Assembly: GCA_009103225.1 (NCBI GenBank)
Contig: RHPI01001946.1
Span: 124,001 to 188,000 of the forward strand
Source: Chlorokybus atmophyticus
Taxonomy: Eukaryota; Plantae; Mesostigma and Chlorokybus algae
DNA: 64,000 nucleotides
Direction: 5' to 3'
In this document: positions 60,591 to 64,000 of the stretch, in pieces
How positions within the stretch are numbered: position 1 is the stretch's first letter
Layout of the letters: each line of letters starts with the position of its first letter
Made by a program: the position numbers and the translations under genes
Notes under the pieces: generated by a model
Told to the model about the DNA's origin: nothing
What the model saw: only the letters and a program-made list of their open reading frames with translations
Databases searched by the model: none

Positions 60591-61699
60591 ACCATGCCGC
60601 AAATGTTGCAGTACATATCAGCGCGTTGCGTCGGGCACTCTTTGATGAAGTGCCCTTCCGTGCCAATCCTGTGACAGGTTGGGTGGGGGTTGTCCTCTAC
60701 ACGTACGACGGCATGGGCCGCGCGCGTGTGCTTGGGCTGAGCAGGGGTCGGAGCTAGAGTGGTGCTACTGCCCCGACGTGCAAGGCCACACTTATCTCCA
60801 AGGCTGCTTTGTAACGATGCTCGTGCTCACATACACAGCACACAAGTCATACAACACATGTGTGCACACTAAGCACAGTCTTCACACCGGAACCTTGCCT
60901 TTCCTCGCGCATACGCATGCGTTGAGCGCGCACATGAACACTACTACTTCTCACACCAAGCAAGAACACAGCAGTGTGCCTTGGATCACGCCTCTCTCAA
61001 GCATACACCAGTGTACTCACAGCAGCGAGCAGAAAGCAAAGTTGGTTGTAATACACAGGGTTTTCCTATTTATACCAGCACCAAAATTAAGCAGGTTAAT
61101 AACCAGGCATTTTGTTCATGATTTACCAAATCTAAAGGACTGTATAAGTGCAGGCTGCTGCCCCTCGCGTCGGGTACCTTTCACGCGGCAGCTGACTGTG
61201 CACTCCGCGTCGTAAGGTACTGCACAGCAGGTAGCTAACTGCGAAGTCCGCGTCACCTGACACAGTCTAGTCAGGTGTGACGTCACATGCCGCGGCAGTC
61301 ATGTCGCTATTGGCTCGGCGGCAGGCACGTTGCAGGTTGGCAGCTGCTGGCGAAGGCGAAGTCGCACGCTGCAGTAGAGCCGGCGCCAGAAGGGCCCAAT
61401 AAAGCCTTACAAAACCCTTTATTAAGCCAAAAAAGGGTAAAACACATATTATACATGCACTAAAATATGGAAAAGGGTCCAGGCTGTTACATGCTTGCTC
61501 TTGTGACATCTCCTCCTGCCATTGTACAGCCCTCGTATATGCGTGCCACAGCGTATACCGGGGGGTGCCACTTTGGTCAGTCTTTACGTGTTGCGCAAAC
61601 CCTTTTCGAGGTTTTCCACGTACACGATGGCCAGATGCTGTGCATTGGCGATGAGCATACCATCCAATTTAAAGGTGGTCTCATCGACTAGTCTCACTA

Positions 61700-62370
61700 T
61701 ACGCTCGTATAATTAAACAGGGGTTTCGATGTGCTTCCGCGTAGGCCGGATGAGCTCCTGGGCCTTCTCGGCGGTGTATGCAAGAAAGCGGTCGTTTAGC
61801 CGAGTAATGAGGTCCGCCCATGGCGATAGTTAAGACATTGCAGGGGCCATGTTCTCAGCGACAAGAAGTGTTGACGTGTGGCTGGGGTTACTGCGGTATT
61901 GGCAACAATCGTGAGCGAGACGACATAGGCGGTAACAGCCGCCTTGCACCTGTTGCCATAGTCTTTTGCTGACTCGTCAGCTAGCATCACAGGTGCTGTA
62001 AAGGGAGCAGTGGTAATGGTGGTGGTATCCGAAGCCGCGCAGCGCTGCTCCTGATGTCCGTGACTTTGAAGCAGGGGTAATCACCTGTGAAGGGCGTAGG
62101 ACCACTCTTGGCGCCATAATTAGCGCACGAGGGGCGCCCAGTCATTCTGCGGCCGAGATGGCCAAGCCCTGATTACAGCTGGAACGGAGAAATCTCTCAT
62201 CCTCGAGAAGGTCATGAGCTGTAGCAACTTCATGCCACACGGCTGCAGCTACATCATCCAGGTAGTCCGCAGCAAGGAGGAACTCTAGTGATCATCCCAG
62301 CTTTCCTTAGCTCGAAGCTTCACACACTGGTTGAAATGGCCCCCCAACAGCTCGGTCTTGCCCACAACTT
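61700..62370 (-). pseudogene. Disrupted coding relic, possibly retrotransposon gag-like
   Basis: Frame-broken segments EFLLAADYLDDVAAAVWHEVA, ESAKDYGNRCKAAV and MADLITRLNDRFLAYTAEKAQELIRP. Resemblance to gag is weak and recognised only by eye. Confidence 0.3.
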
Positions 62371-64000
62371 AAATGGAGATCCGGCTATAACTTAATTTTG
62401 GATCCACATGTAAATCATACCGATTATTGCACTGTTTCCTACTGCAGCCACAATTTAGTTTGATATCCAATTGCTATTCAGGAAAAGTAGTTGGTGTGCA
62501 TTAAGTTTGGTGTCCATCTTTTCTTGAAGTAAATAATGGCCACATCCTATACTTATTTTTGGATAGATCATGTATTAAGGGGATCCATCTTAATGCGTGA
62601 TGTAATTAAAAATGTTAACAGTTCGCGGCCAAAAATTATACAGATGTAACGCAGCTCCATCGCCGAGGTTGAAACTTGTGCCAACGAACCTGTCAGAAGA
62701 GCAAGCAACAATCTACAAGCAACGTACTGAGCAACTAGACTACGACGGCACGGGACACCCTACATCACGTTTATAAAAAGTATATCCTTTACAGCAGCTG
62801 CCTCAATTGTCTCACGTGCCGCAATGCATGCATGCCAGGTGTATTGCATTCATGTATTACTAGTACGCAATGCATGTACCAATACCTGCATACAACAGCA
62901 CTAGGCTACCCCACAATCGGTCAACAATACTGACATGTGTATATATATATGTATGTTTGTAACATTGATTGTCATATCATAATTATACATATATGGTGTA
63001 TTTGTGAAGATACATAGTAATGTGGTATCATTGTCAGAATAATCAGTTTATACATGACAACATGATGAAGGACAAGTTTTATGTATATATATACATAATC
63101 ATGCAAGTTAAATATAATATAAACACCTAGATTAACAGCTAGGTACCGGTAGGTGTTTTTAAGTTGTTGGCTTGCGGATGGCCTGGGGACTCAAACTTGG
63201 CGGCGCAAAGTATCCGTCCAACCACAGCGTAGACTGTAGGGCAGGCTGTTGCCATAAACTCGCTTTCACCTACCAAGTCGCGCTGGTGCATTTTTATTGA
63301 TAGAGTGGCTGCGTGATCATTAATAACATTGTTAAGGTAGGCCGCGGGCACGTACTTGAACCGGCGATGTATTGATGATCAGGATTACAAATGATAAAGA
63401 TCAGTGTACTACTGCGGTGTAACGCTCGACTTTATAGCTTTACACTGGCCAGATCATGCGCTATTAACGGAATTAGTCAAGCACGTGACAAAGATTCGTA
63501 CCCGCCATCTTTTTACCCTAAATGCAATGTAATGTAACTACGGTGTCTCCAACAACGTCATGGAAGTGGTCGACATTTGCATAAACATCCGTACAGGTCG
63601 TTGTCACGACCGTATTTGTTGACAATCAGAACGCCTGGTCCTCAACGTGTTAGAGATCTGGTACACATTCAGCGACCGCCAATGGCCGTTTGTGACAGGC
63701 AGCACATATATGGGGATTTAACCTTAGATTAATTAGGGATCTTGCAAATTCCTAAGGAAATTCGCGCTGGATCTGCAATAAAGTTGGGGATCCGCCCAAA
63801 CTTACCGAAACCCATTTCTATTGGTGACAGTGAGGACTATGGAGTTGAAGCGGTTGATCCACTCTTTCGCGTCACGCCTCCACTGCCATGGTACCTCGAT
63901 GCATCCACTAGCACACGTCCACCATGCTGCTTCTCATACACCACATTGCAACTTCCTACAATGTCTGCTCCTTCTATTCAAACGCTAGCATGTCCAAAGT

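Noticed and set aside
63640-64000. TGTTAG start and an FGHAS-like peptide suggesting another copia element
   Set aside because: Too short and degenerate, and truncated by the window edge.

Overview
This is eukaryotic, intron-rich nuclear DNA with GT/GC-AG introns and four N gaps. It is most consistent with a green alga, possibly an early-diverging streptophyte. That taxon call is an inference from a plant-type trehalose-6-P phosphatase, plant-like LUC7 and telo-box motifs near gene starts. I reconstructed genes by eye across introns, so exon borders are approximate unless stated. Confident genes: LUC7 (+), TPP (+), a full-size ABCB transporter (+), Aurora kinase (-), an OTUD6-like deubiquitinase (+), PRP19 (-) and MAM33/p32 (+). 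Less familiar genes: a type-I membrane FG-GAP/VCBS beta-propeller protein (-), a secreted beta-helix protein (-), a spliced Spo12-motif protein (+), a ubiquitin-like protein with a GC-AG intron sitting 272 nt upstream of an unknown gene (-), an atypical long adenylate-kinase-like protein (-), and a trypsin-like pseudo-protease with a tandemly duplicated exon pair (-). After about 57.3 kb the window is gene-poor and holds decayed copia and gag-like relics. The most interesting leads are: (1) two same-strand gene pairs with almost no intergenic space (UBL to unknown gene, and PRP19 to an in-frame downstream ORF), which could be bicistronic or fusion loci; (2) the pseudo-protease; (3) the Spo12-like gene with an upstream AACGG cluster and perfect hairpins; (4) two compositionally distinct gene classes. 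No tRNA, rRNA or CRISPR array was found.
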